DNA from: Gnetum montanum
Taxonomy: Eukaryota > Plantae > Gnetophyta
Direction of reading: 5' to 3'
DNA: 64,000 nucleotides
Assembly (NCBI GenBank): GCA_015680685.1
Contig: MNCI01002242.1
Span: 377,205-441,204 of the forward strand
Positions 12,316 to 26,000 of this stretch are shown piece by piece (the stretch's first letter is position 1; each line of letters starts with the position of its first letter). The position numbers were made by a program, and so were the translations under genes. The notes under the pieces were generated by a model. That model saw only the letters and a list, made by a program, of their open reading frames with translations, was not told where the DNA came from and did no database searches.

Positions 12316-14340
12316 TACCCCCATGACTGAATAANTATTTGGTGCACCAGTTAAATTCTTTTCCCTAACATTTTTNNNNNNNNNNNNNNNNNNNNNNNNN
12401 NNNNNNNNNNNNNNNNNNNNNNNNNNNNNNNNNNNNNNNNNNNNNNNNNNNNNNNNNNNNNNNNNNNNNNNNNNNNNNNNNNNNNNNNNNNNNNNNNNNN
12501 NNNNNNNNNNNNNNNNNNNNNNNNNNNNNNNNNNNNNNNNNNNNNNNNNNNNNNNNNNNNNNNATCTTGCTCCTTGCATAGCTGCTTCAGCACTGCTCCA
12601 TTCCAAGTGTTCTCTCCACATCCAATCCGTTGTTGCATGATTGCCATCTTCACACACAACACAATCTTAATATTAGCAAGGGTAAATGAATTTCAATGCA
12701 ATTGATACCTTGCTTCGGTGAAAGGTCCATTGGCTGAGTTGTGATATAGCTAATACGAGTCTGGAGATATAATAGTGATAACTATCGAAGGTGTAGGGGT
12801 TAGGAGAAAATTGAAAAAATTTGGGCCTGGACCCCCATGACTAAGAGCGAACCTCCGGTAGCGATAGAATGGAGAAAGAAAAGGAACAAGAAAGATGGAG
12901 AAAAAGAGACAACTATGACATTGACAAAATGGATGTCAAAATGGAAATGAACAAAATAAAATATATTGCAAAAATGTTAGGGAAAAGAATTTAACTGGTG
13001 CACCAAATAGGAAGTGTCAGTGGGTCCTCCCCAAAGCAGGCTCATGCCCTTAATGCCCTGACAAACCCACATTCGAAGAGTCCGTAGGCTCTAGGAATGT
13101 CATTTGGAACAAGAGTTAAAGTCTTAACCATAAGAATTTACCAAAAAGAAAACAATGTATCAACCAAAATATACACTAATGATACAACCGGCAATGAGGT
13201 GAACAATGGAGAGAAGGATGGAGAGAAGAGAATGGAATGGAATCCTAAGAATAAGGTGGTGTATAGCCCCTTGTGGATTTCATGATTAATGTGACTTAGT
13301 AGATCCCATTCCAAGTCCGGCCTCAACAAACCACATCCAGTGACTTTGCATTAATGCATCTGGCCAATCCATCCCCTTGAAATAACAAGAATGCCTTCAC
13401 CCAAGAGCTGCCACCATTCCGACGAAACAAGGAGGAGAGAATGGGAAGCGAGAAGGGCCTTAGTTAGAGGGAACATTTTTATTTTAGTTCCATAACTAGT
13501 GCTTGTAGCCTAAATGGTTATTTCGTCTAAGGGATGTGCTTTGAATTCTCACTTCCTTTTTCTTTTTCTTTTTTTTTATGTGTTTATACGTGAGAACCAC
13601 ACCATGCAAAGACTTCGTTATTTTTATTTGCTTAGCTTCCCGATGATTGAGTAACGTCGAAACGGTAAGAAAACTCGAGAAGAAAACATCCAAGCACCCA
13701 AGAGAACGGCTAACACAAATGCATTAAGTTCCCTTGAATTCACACCCATTTCACTCCTTGAGTACTTCCTTAGTTTGAGAAATACCCAGTCACCAATTCA
13801 TTATAGTTCTTATTTAGAAAGGGACTGTACATTTCCAAGCTAAGAGAGACCATAGAAACTTGTGGATGAATGGATGAAGTGGACTCATTGCCTATCATAT
13901 TAAAAGAACCATACCTTAGTATCAACATTGTAACTTAAAGGTAAAAACCAAACATTATCAATCAATATAAAAATAGTTCATACCATCATGAAGAACACTT
14001 ATTGAATGACAAACTTGACAGGATGGATAACACACACACAAGAAATGAAAAAGTATAATGATGTTGTAAAACAAAAACAAGAAAAGTTAAAGAAATTTGT
14101 AAGACAAAAATGTGCAAAACAAAAATGTGTAAAAAAAAATGTGTAAAACAAAAACGTGTAAAACAAAAATGTGTAAAACAAAAACTAAAAAGAACTGAGG
14201 GCCCCGAATGATTAGCATAGATGGCCATCTCCCCCATGACTGAATGGAAAGGGAGAGATCCGAAATAATGAGCACCTATTTGAATTTCTTAGAAGTGTCT
14301 AACTTCTCCCGATTGATGTTTTGAGATTAAGGGATGGAAG

Positions 14341-17300
14341 TCAACGACGCTCATATTCCAATGTATCTATGCTTTCATTATAGGCATGAGTTGTTCCCCC
14401 AATTCGTTCCATGCATGTTGGTCGGTTGCTCTTCCATTTAGTTGTCAACCACGAGGTGTCCACTTGTTGTGTGGTTGCTACATACAGACACCTTTGAATG
14501 TTATCCTTTAGTGCACACCGGTTGTATGTAGGAGATGATGAGCATTCCTCCATGTCATCACCCTCTGAGTCACTGTATGTGATGCATGAAAATTTCTTCT
14601 TCTCGATCTTTCCATAAATATTTACCTTAGATATCTCTAAGGAAAGATTGCGAATTCCTAGGCATGCATCTATTGTACTTAGCCATGCCCTTCCCATTAT
14701 AATTGGGAAGTCCCCTTTATTGCTGTTGACTTCTATCACCAGGAAATCGGCTGGGTATGACCAACCACACACAATGGTAACGATGTCCTCCACCAATCCC
14801 AAGGGAATGATGATGGACTAGTCAGCCAACTCTAGTTGAATATTGCTCTTCTTGAGTTGGGGCAGGTTCTAGGCTTGATACATTTCTCGTGATATTAAGT
14901 TGACTTTGGAACCTTAGTCAAGAAGAGCCTTATGTGGTTTGTTCCTGGCAACTTGGAGGTAGATTAAGGGACTTCTAGGGTCAGAGAGTTTCTTGGGAAG
15001 GTGGCCTACCTTGATCCAATCAGTTACGGTATGTGTTAACATAACCATATGCGTTAAGCTCTGTTGTTGGATTGAAGGGAGCCCCAAAGCCTTGTATGTT
15101 GGAGGAGTGTGCACAGACTCAACCGCTTGTGGCTGTGAGAGCTTGTCTGGGCTTTTGGTTCTGAAGAAAGGTCTTCTCTTCTTATGGTTGTCAGAACCTA
15201 TAGCAGGTTGAAGGTTTACAGCTCTCATAGCATTACCTTGCTACAGTTGAGTGGGGAGTTCCCCTTGCATTGTTGGAGCAGGTGGTATGGGAACTATCAG
15301 TGGAAGAGTGGCAGATCGATTTGGAGGATGGTATGGATGTGGAGCGTCTCTCGGAGGAGAAGGAGTCCTTCTAAAGTACTCCCAAACTTGGTAGTGACAT
15401 TGTGGAGTTGTGTGACCCATGGAGTCACTTGAAGAAACTAGCTGCTACACGTAATAGCCATATGGATCGGGTTGCCAGTAAGGGTATTTTTGCCTAGGCG
15501 GTGGCATCCCCCATGACTGTGGGTGTTGCCACTACTAATGTTGCCTGATAGGTTGTGGTGGAGTTCCACTTGGATAGTACGTTAATGGTTGGTGGAACTA
15601 CTTTGGGTTACCTTGGGGATAAGGTAACCGTCGGGGTGCCTGCCGTCTGTTAAGTCTCGGGTTGAGTGCATACACCCCAGACTCCTGTAGATGTGAGATG
15701 ATTGGACAACATCCCTTAGGATGGTCATATTGGGAAATCTCACATCCACCGTCTTTGTCTGTATCCAAATCCATAGCCTCATCGGACATATTCATTTTTC
15801 CCTTACCCTTGTCATGTGCAGGGCCTAAATCTCTCTGCTTTTTCTTGTCCTTGTCCCTACTTCGTTCCTCCTTAGACTCCTCTACAATCTTTAGGATAGT
15901 TTCAATTTTTTAGTCTAAGGAGCTCCATACTTCATCTACCTTAGCTGATACTTCCATTGTTAGCTTTTGAAGCAGCAAGGTTTTCCTATTCACCAACTCT
16001 TCGAGTGGTGACTCATCCTTTTCATCGTAAAATCTCACTCCCTTTTTTCAAAGGGAGGGATCACGGTTATATTCTTCCGCACTTTCTCTTTTTCATAGCT
16101 CCCCTTCTTCTTTAGCTACTTACTCCAACAATTGATGAACTTCCTGGGATCTAAGTTCAGATAGTCTCCCTTGGGCATAAGTCCCAAGGATTCTCCTAGT
16201 TTCATACCTTAGCCCATCTACGAGATGGTGAAGTTGATCCCGTTGTGCGTAACCATGGCCCAGGCAACGATGTAACAATGCGTAGTAGCGGCCCATGCCA
16301 GCATCCAAGGGTTCATGATTACCTTGCTTACATCCTTGGATCTAATTACGTAAGTTAGACACTCTGGAGTACGTTTGATATTTATCGTTGAAGAGTTCTA
16401 ACATCGTACTCCACCTCCTAATGGTTTCCGGTTCTAAGGATCGGTACCAACTCTCTGCTTCCTTTATGAGTGTCCTAGGAAACAACTTTAATTTTTGCCA
16501 CTCGTTTTCTATGTTCTGCAAGGCGCAAGCATCGTGGAATGCCTGTAAATGATTTTTTAGATCAGTGTTATATCCCCCTTCAAAGCATGGGATATTATTC
16601 ATGTCTAAGCGCTTGATCCGACTATTTTTTTGATGCCTTGTTGGTATTCTCATTGCCTCCGTGATATCTAGCATACTTCGGGTAGCAAGTAGGGGTTCGT
16701 AATGATCATCTCTTTCATAATGTCTATGATGCCTACGTTGTTCCCTACTTTCCCTTCTTTCATGCCTAGACTCTCTAGACAACCCTCATCCTCTCTCTTA
16801 ACTATCTCGTCGAGGTCTCTCATTTCACTTACCTTTATCCTTACCATTATGCTCTTTCTGACTACACCCATATGTGGAAGGAGAGGGTGAATGATGTGAT
16901 GAAGGGGAAGAAGAAGGAGAACCATCGCCATGGAGATGTTTCTCACCTTCTCTTCTGTGGCTACGGCCTAGATAGTGATGACAATCAGAATGTCCATCCT
17001 TGTCATGTGTTTTTGTTCCCTCAGTGAACAGTTGGTGTTCACGGGGATCAGAACCAGGGTTGTGTATCGTAGAGCACAGGTTCTGATACCCCACCTCCTC
17101 ACTATAGTTAGGAGGGGGAACATCATTTGATGGAGAACCCATTATGAGTGGTTCACCATCTCCAATATCGCTTAGGACATGCAGGACCCCTTTGCCCTTC
17201 AACAATGTATGGTGGCTCTCCTACCTTGAGTCCCTTAAACGTTGTGCTTCTGTGGGATGGTAATCCCTTGTATTGAAATCACCTACAACATATTCAGCAT

Positions 17301-17575
17301 AGATTTGTGTCATGCCTATCTATGCAAGAGCATGGAGAAGCATGTAAGGAACTGCCTGATCTGGAGGTAACACTATGTTACCTTGCAAATCTCTCCAATG
17401 CAGTTGTTCATCCTGATGAAGGATAAAGGTAAAATTGGGTAGATACTCATCGGGATGAGTATATACCACCTGGTATTGTTTAGGAACTAGCAGATTTTGG
17501 TTATGTGTTTTAAACTACCGACTATTTCTTGTATGATCCCTAGGTGGTGAAGTGCTCTTATGAGGAGAAGAAGAC
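14341..17575 (-). pseudogene. gag: gag and aspartic protease of element B, degenerate
   Basis: IPCFEG...HLQAFHDAC...KLKLFPRTLIKEAESWYRSL (gag); KALLD and DFLVIE...PIIMGRAWL (protease). Start coordinate approximate. Confidence 0.88.
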
Positions 17576-17702
17576 ATTTTAACTTGTTTGGTGTGCTGAT
17601 TAACCATTATATAATTTTTTGTTTAATTAACCCTAAGGGTTCATTTAAGCTCCCAGTGATGTGGATAATTTCCTATGTTCTACTTAGCGCACAAACACTT
17701 AG

Positions 17703-17720
17703 TCCCTGGCAACGACGGCA
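17703..17720 (-). promoter_or_regulatory. primer binding site, tRNA-Asp type
   Basis: The + strand reads TCCCTGGCAACGACGGCA, 15/18 identical to the plant tRNA-Asp 3' end TCCCCGGCAACGGCGCCA, 1 nt from the LTR. Confidence 0.85.
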
Positions 17721-17721
17721 A

Positions 17722-18560
17722 TGATGAGTGGCGAGGTACCCCTACACTCAACCATACAAATACGAGCGTAGCACGCGTGATCCAGTCGAACTCTGTAGAC
17801 TAAATGCCTACACGCCTTATGGAACACTTAAGGTTAATTATTTGTTGTCTTCCCAGACTTACTTGTATTTGTCACGGTTGTATGGTTAAGTCTGAGGTAT
17901 ATGATTTTTATGTCTTTTCTATTTTATATCCTATGTTGATAAGGTGAAGGATGAAGAGATTAATTAACTAACTTTAACTAACTAACTAAGCCTTAATTAA
18001 TCTAGCATCAGCATCCTTTCCCACTTACCGTTCACACCCTGAACCAATGCAACCTTGGTTACCAACACTAGTCGTTGCTGGGATCACCAAGCATAACGCA
18101 CGTGCTCGAAGCAGTCGTACTAAGGCACTTAACTAGGAGAGAAGGGTTGAGAGAGATTTAATGACTAATAAAGCGATTAAATGATAAATAGCAAATAACA
18201 ATAAATAAAATCCTATTTAGCCTATTCCATGCACTTCAAGGTTTATCCAAGAAGTTCGTCTTTATTGCCATACACAAACTCGTGTTTAGGTACAATATTT
18301 GCTCGAATAAAGATCCGTTCACTTTGGAGCTCCTACTGCAAGCACATGGAAAATATTCTATCTTTGGAGGGATCAAACTACCAGAGTTTCACTACTGTCT
18401 AGGCCTAGAATGAGAAACAAGGGAGAGCCACCTCTCATTTATAGATATGATGGTGCACTGCGATATCGCGTACGCAATATCGCAGGGGAAGACGCAATAT
18501 TGCGTATGCAATATCACGGTTGATGCGATATCACGGTGGACGCGATATTGCGTCCCATCA
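17722..18560 (-). repeat. 5' LTR of element B
   Basis: TGATG...CATCA termini; adjacent PBS; TSD at the outer edge. Confidence 0.93.
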
Positions 18561-18833
18561 CTTAAAAAAGGACTTAAAATAAACTTAATCAATTAACATT
18601 CCTAGCAACACTACAAGAAGGGTGAGAGTTACCTAGACTGATGTATCTTGTCTTACCAATGTTCCTTGCAATTGATGAATTTTGGTGAGATGTAATTAAA
18701 TCTCCCATGGATCATCTTAGACATAAGGCATATCTCATGGTGGTGGTTCATAACTCTTTCTAGATTGTGCCTCCCTATTTTGTCATTGGATATAGTTGGC
18801 TCTTAGTTATAATTGGTCCTTAGATCATGGTTT

Positions 18834-18845
18834 GCTCTTATACCA
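18834..18845 (-). promoter_or_regulatory. orphan tRNA-iMet-type PBS of an older LTR element, possibly the host of element B
   Basis: TGGTATAAGAGC on minus, 11/12 to TGGTATCAGAGC, preceded by ...TCA and a short spacer. Element boundaries not resolved. Confidence 0.4.
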
Positions 18846-19760
18846 AATTTGACTTCTTGTTCTTGAATGTCATGGAAAACATAAAACACAGATTATATTA
18901 GACATTATGCATAAGAAAATAATGTGGCAATGTAACATTTGGCATTATGTGTAAGGAAAAAATAGGGAAAATGCAAAAGGAAAAAGAAAAGAATGCTTTA
19001 TTAATGTGAAATAAAGTATCGGGGTCATGCTCTAAGTATTCCTTAGGCTTATTTTCCTTTAGCATCTATCTCTTGCAGGCTATCCAACACTGCCACCATG
19101 GTTAGGCCTATCACTAGCCAAAAGGGATGGCTAGTCATTTTTCTATCCTTCTTCATCCAACACTTGTTACTCACCTTTACTGACTTTGCAACTCATGCTA
19201 ATACAACCTCTAATGCCCATATATAAACACCTTATATCAAACCCCAAAACGTCACCTCAAGAGACATGCCCATTATTACAGTGTGTCCTTTCAAGTCTTA
19301 ATTACAATTTTCCCTTTCATATCTTATTACAATAATCACATCATTAGTCATGAAGAGACACCATCTTCATTATACAGCAACAGCATCTAAAAATGGGGAT
19401 GTGATAGTATTAGTTTTAGAAATGATGGTGAGTTGATCCTATGGTATGAGATGTCATTCTAGCACTGTCAATCACCCATTCCATGACATACTAAGATTTA
19501 TTAAAAGCAATTACATAATTGTGGTCTTACCTAATCCATTTCATTTTTTTCATACTATATTTGCTATGCACCAAGGATTTGCAAATCCTTGGAAAGTTAC
19601 ATGTATGGTGCATATCATAAGCAAGAGCATGAACATAAGCATACAAAAATAAAGAAAAATAATTATGTGTATTAGATGTGAAATATCTTTAGTATGAAAA
19701 ATCTTATTTTAGAATATAAAAATATTATTTTATTATTTTATTATATTTTAATTCGCATTA

Positions 19761-20057
19761 CCACCTTCAAACCCATCCCCAGCCTTTGCAAATACTCATG
19801 TACCTAAATATGTTTTGAATCATGAATCCTTTCTAGTTCCAAGAAATGAATTCATTTGATGCATAGTATATTTGCTTGTATAGAGACTTTGAAGTGAATG
19901 AAAAAATTCCCACCTTTGAACCCATCCCTAACCTTTGCAAATACCCATGTACCTCAATATGTTTTGAATCATGAACCCTTTCTGCTTCCAAGAAATGAAT
20001 TCATTCAATGCATAGTATATTTGCTTATATATAGAATTTGAAGTGAATGAAAAAATT
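19761..20057 (+). repeat. tandem duplication, 149-bp unit x2
   Basis: Units start CCACCT at 19761 and 19910 and align over their length. Confidence 0.92.
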
Positions 20058-20251
20058 TATTTGCTTTTATTGTGGTTTCCTAAAGAAATAAATAACCCCC
20101 TCTAACTATGTTGCTACTTGGGCTAGCATGCCCTAGCTATTGGGATGCTAATGTCTTGATTAGTCATTATATTTACAAGTACCTGGGCCTCTTCCCATAT
20201 TAGCATTACTAGCACAACTTGATATCTGTTGGGGTAAGAGCATTACCATGC

Positions 20252-21063
20252 TGATGAGCCATGATATCGCGTATAGGATATCGTGTACACGATATCGCAT
20301 TCGCCCCGCGATATCGCGGCCTGTCTCAATTTCTATAAATAAGAGGCAGTTTTCCTTGTTCTAGGCAGTTAAACTTAGACCCGTAGCTAAACTCTTGCAG
20401 TTTTACCATTCCAGAGTTAGAATAATTTCCATGTGCCCGCAGTAGGAGTCTTAAAGTGAACGATTCTTTATTCAAGTAAATTGTACCTGAGCACACATTT
20501 GTGTACGGAAACAAAGACAAACTTTATGATAAACCTTGCAACATATGGACTAAGCTAAATAGTAATTAATTATCATTGAATGTTTAAATGCTTTCCTAGT
20601 TAATTAATCTCTCTCAACCTTTGACTCTCCTAATTAAGTGCACTCAATACGACCGCTTCAAGCATGTGTGTAGCACTTCATAACCTAGTAATGATTAGCG
20701 TTTGGTAATCCCAACAACGTTGCACTAGTTCAAGATGTGTGTGGCAAGTGGGAACAGATACTAGTGTTAGGAACTATTAGAACGTAGTTAGTGAATAGTC
20801 AATGAAAGTCAGTCACTTAGTTCTCTTCACCTTTCCTGATTAGCATAAGACATTAAAAAGATAAAAGATATAAAGATCATATACCTCAAGCTTACTTAAC
20901 CATACAACCGTGACAATACAAGTAAGTTTGGGAAGATAGCGATTGATTAACCTTAAGTGTTCCATTAAGGCGCGTAACCACTTAGTCCTTGGAGTTCGAT
21001 CGGATTGCGCGTGAAATGCTTGTATTCATATGGTTGAGTGTAGGGGTACCTCGCCACTCATCA
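20252..21063 (+). mobile_element. solo LTR of the Athila-like family
   Basis: TGATG...CATCA; homologous to the A/B LTRs; perfect TSD CATGC (20247-20251 and 21064-21068); no PBS or PPT next to it. Confidence 0.93.
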
Positions 21064-22055
21064 CATGCCCTACAATGCATTACTATTTATGGAATAATAA
21101 CACTAGGTCTATCTTGGTGGTCTAAAGAAAATATTTTTAATATCAATTACTAAATTCAAGTGCTACACATCTTAATTTTTCTACCTAGTCTATTCATATT
21201 ATATGGCCACCTATGAATGTTCAAGAGACACATTTAAAAAGAATCCTCAACAACATTTAGGAAGATTGATTCATTAGCAAAATGATGCTTCCAAATGCAT
21301 TAAAAACTATGATGGTTTATTTTCCAAAACTATTTTGAAGATCCAAGCAACACGTTTGTGATTTTGTAGCAACTTTAACTCTAAATGTTTGTTGTCAGAT
21401 ACCTACGAATTCATATTCTTCTTTTTTCTTTTTTTACAAATGACCACAAAAGCAAGGATGGCATGTGCACCACTAATAATTTTGGTTACTATGACATAAA
21501 GATTGTCCTTATAAAATAGTGCAACCATCAACATGGTGCATTGCATGAATGTGACCAATAAAAGCTTGTAATTAGGAATCTAAAAGGAACTCCATTTTAT
21601 AAAATTTAAATAACCCACCCACTTGATCCCACTATTTAAAAGTGCTATAAGCATACTTTAAGAGTGCATTAAATTACTTCAATAAATGCTATGTTCTAGA
21701 TCAAAAAATTTCTTCATCATTCCATCAAGTAACTCATTTAATATAATACAAACATGACATATTGACAACAAAATGGATTCCATGATTTCTGATACCTAAA
21801 AGCACTTCTTTTAGAAGATTAGACACAATGACAATATAATGGAATCCAAATGGGCACCTACAATCATCTCATCCATAATTGCCATCCAATACAACATCAA
21901 TGGAATATCCATTCTACGCATTCACATTGTTTACAATACCAACCTAGACTCAAGAATCATCCCCATTTAATAATTAATAAGATCACAACTAGGATATCAA
22001 CTTTAAAAAATGCAATCAATAATGACATGAACAACATTCTTCATTCTTGAAATAT

Positions 22056-22911
22056 TGATGGGTAATAGTTGGTTGCGTCAACAAGGCCACATCAATGAGG
22101 CCCCGTTGACACAGGGTTCATTTTTTGCTATAAATACATGCTCACCAGCTGCATTTATGGCATTAGATTCATAGTAGTAGTTGAGCTCTTGCAGTTTGTC
22201 TATTTGAAAGTTAGAATATTTTTTCTGAGTGCTTGTAGCTGGAGTCATTGAGTGTACAAATCTTTATTCTAGCATCGTTATACCTGAGCACAACAGTGTG
22301 TATGGCAATAAAGACGAGTTTCTTGAAAAACCTTGCAGCATTATGAATAGTTTAGATAGTTATTCATGCATTCAATGTTTTCAATTATTTAATCAATATT
22401 TTCTAGTAATTAAGCAAATAAGGTAATTAAGAAAGATAAGCTAAATAGCTTAATTACATAAGTACGACTGCTTTGGGTGTAACATGCATCTACTTGGTAA
22501 TCCCAGTAGCGTTATTGCTTGGTGCGCTCAGTAGTGTAGTGCTTGGTAACCTAGCAATGAATACATGGGTTCAGGATGTGTAAGGAGAGTGGAACTGAAT
22601 GCTTATGTTAGGACTAGTTAGAGACTAGTTAATTAGTTAAATTAAATTAGTTAATCCAATTACTTTATCTCTCTTTAAACGCCAAAAACATAAAACATAA
22701 AATGATAAAAATCATATGCCTTGATTACACTTAACCATACCTTTGTACTTCACAAGTGTAATTAGGAAGACAACAAATGACCTTAGGGCAAGATTTACTT
22801 CCTAGAAGACTAGTGCACCGAAAACTATAAAATCCATGGAATTCGACCAGATCGTGCATGAACACTTTGTGATTCGTATGGTTGGGAATAGAGGTACCTC
22901 ATTGCTCATCA
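22056..22911 (+). repeat. 5' LTR of element C
   Basis: TGATG...CATCA; aligns with 33641-34525. Confidence 0.93.
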
Positions 22912-23081
22912 TTGGCATCATTACCAAGGACTTTGATTGTTGAAACATGCACTATCTAGGTTTAGTGAACATTATTAATCTTGTTGGATGAACCCAAGGT
23001 TAACATCACTTTTGAACAACATCTAATTACAAAAGCACATTGATTATTTTATTTGTTGCAAAATTTCTTCTTCCCATAGGC

Positions 23082-26000
23082 ATGAAGATGTCAAACCACC
23101 AGTCCCATAAGAGTGCAAAGTGGTATATACTCATCCAGATGAGTATGTACCAGACTTCACCTTCATCCTACATCAGGATGAACAATTGTAATGGCGTGAT
23201 ATGGAGGGCAACATCATATTGCCCCTCGATTGATCTATGTCAGGGAAGCTCTTTCAAACTCTTAAAAAGTTGGTCATTCCAAATCTTCACAAGGAATATG
23301 TTATGCATGGTTATGACACTTCAAACTACCATCCGACTAACACACAACGTAGGAGAGATCGACACCAAGAGAAGCACCATGAGTTTACAAAGGAAGAGCA
23401 CTTTAGTAACCATTTGTTCCTACTAAACCAAGATGACAATGTGGATCTTCCCCCTGAGGATTCCCAACATGAAGATTCTCCACCCCTATTATTGGTGATG
23501 AGGGTATGACCCTCAACCTACAATCCACTTTTCATAAACCAGGTTCACGAAAAAGTAACAATCAAGGTAGGGACTCGGGTAAACATCATGATGGTAAGGG
23601 ATCTAAGGATGGTGGTCGTAATAAGCAAAGAGGTGGTGATGGACATCGTGGTGGAAATGGTAGTCCACCTTCCTATTCATCCTCTTCATCTGATTCTGAA
23701 CATTCCTCTTCATCTGCTAGTTCTCATAGAAGCCACTATATAAATAATCGTGATCAAGGTGATCAACAAGACAAAAATGACCATAAAACCCACCAAGAAT
23801 GTCAAGGTAATAGAGAACATCATCAGAGATAACACAATAATGATGATGATGAGCCTCTGTTGGCTACTCGAAGCATGTTGAACATTACAGAGGCAGTAAA
23901 GATTCCAACTAGGCATGTGAAGGATAGTCAGATCAAGTGCTTAGATATGAACAATATTCCAAGATTTGAGGGAGGATAAAATTCTGATCCGCAAACAATC
24001 TACAAGCTTTCCATGATGCTTGTGCCTTACAGAACATTGAAAATGATTAGCAGAAACTCAAGCTCTTCCCCAAGATACTCATTAAGGAATTTGAAAGTTG
24101 GTAACAATCCTTAGAGCCAGAATCTATTCGTCAATGGAGTACAATGCTTGAGCTATTTAATGACAAATACCAAACGTACTCTAGAGTGTCCAGCCTAAGA
24201 AGTCTAATCCAAGGCTAGAAACAGGGAACACATGAACCCTTGGATGCCACCATGGCCACATATTATTTGCTTTTACACTGATGCCCTAGCCATGGTTATT
24301 CTTAGAGGGAACAACTCCGCCACATTATAGATGGGCTTAGAGAAGAAACTAGAAGAACTCTTCCAGTGTATGCCCAAGGAAGACTGTCTAAAAGGAGAGC
24401 TCATTAGATCCAAAGGCTTATAAAGTAGGTGGTAAAAGAAGAAGGTGAGTTGTGAAAAAGAGAAAGTGCAGAAGAGTATAATAGGAATCCTTCCATAAGA
24501 AAAATGGAGGTCCGATTTTGTGACGAGGATGATGCACCACTTAACAAGGTGGTAAATAGAAAAACCTTACCTATACAAAAATATGTTTCTGATATTTCAG
24601 TAAAGGTTGATAAATTATGGGACTCTTTGGATGAGAAATCCCAAACTGCTATGAAAATCGCAAAAGCATCAAAAGAACAAAATAGTGATTGTAAACATGA
24701 GACAAAAAGAAGCTGAACATGCCTACCAAAGAGGTAAGGAAAAGGCTGATGTAGTAGAAGAGGTTGTGAAGACAAACTCCAAATATGATACTACTTATGA
24801 CATCTATTAATACAAACATCCAAAGGGGTGTTGCCCTACAATCTTACACTTATAAGAATCTGGGATGTATGCATTGAAACCATGATTAGCAAGGAGGCAA
24901 GGACCTAGACGATTGCCCTATCCTCAAGGCAATCTAAGGTAGTTCCACTAACACCAACAAGCTTATTATCTAATTTGAGCTCCACCAAAACCATATGGGA
25001 AATACCAACAATGGCACCAACCACAATCATGGGGAATGTGACCACCAAGGCAACAGTACCCTTACAAGCAACCAGATCCCTATGGGTACTATGTTCAGCA
25101 ACCCGTCTCTCCATGAAGTTCTGCTAGCCATGCCTCATTTCAATATTACTATTACCCCCTAGAGTACCACTAAAAATATTCACCATCTACTTAAGGGAAG
25201 AACCCATATCCATACCACCCTCTGCATTTGTCTATACACATCCTTCCACCCTCAACTCAATTACCTCCTACTCCATCCATGTAGGGTGAAATTCCCTCAC
25301 AATTGTAGCAACGAAATGCTACAAGGGCTGTGAATTTACAACTAGCCTTCTAGCTAAGTGGTTCAAACAATCATTCTAGGAAATGACCATTTTTCTAACC
25401 CAACAGTCCTTTCGAACCCTCATAACCTAATGTAGCTACTTGCCTTACATCTCTGGTATCCTCATCCTCTACATCAAAGACCTTCGAGTGCCCTTCAAAC
25501 TAAACGTCACCTTAGATCTACACTTTGATGTTAACTCATGTTATTTTCGATTGGATCAAGGCTGACAATCTTTCCATGAAAAGATCTGACCCAGGAAGTG
25601 CACTCACTGACTTACAGACTGTTGGACGTGAGCCATGCAAGGCTCTTCTTGATTCTAGTTTCCATGTCAATGTCATCTCCCATGACATGTACAAAGCCTA
25701 GAACTTATCCCCTCTCAAGAAGTGCAACGTTTGTTTAGAATTGGTAGACCAATCAATCACTATTCCTTTGGGATTAGTGGAAGACATTGTGACCACAGTT
25801 AGTGGGTGGTCATATCCTACCTATTTTTTGGTGATAAAGGTTGAGAATTACAAAGGTGACTTTCCCATAATTATGGCAAGGGCTTGGTTAAGCACAATTG
25901 ATGCACGTATGGGCATAAAGGACCTCTCCTTGGAAATCTCTAGGGAAAATGAATTTGGAAATTTAGAGAAGAAGCGTATTCTATGCATCACATACAATGA

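Larger units (their letters stand above)
11535..18560 (-). mobile_element. Athila-like element B, non-autonomous (gag + protease, no RT/RNase H/integrase)
   Basis: LTRs at 11535-12315 and 17722-18560; TSD CTTAA at 11530-11534 and 18561-18565; PBS and PPT present. The protease region joins the post-pol 3' region near 14275. Confidence 0.93.

Noticed and set aside
12336-12375. Inverted copy of 12970-13009 beside the gap
   Set aside because: A nearly identical 40-bp piece between an n and an N run; scaffold artifact.
19440-19640. EWVIDSA on the minus strand, like a copia protease motif
   Set aside because: A single short motif without supporting domains.
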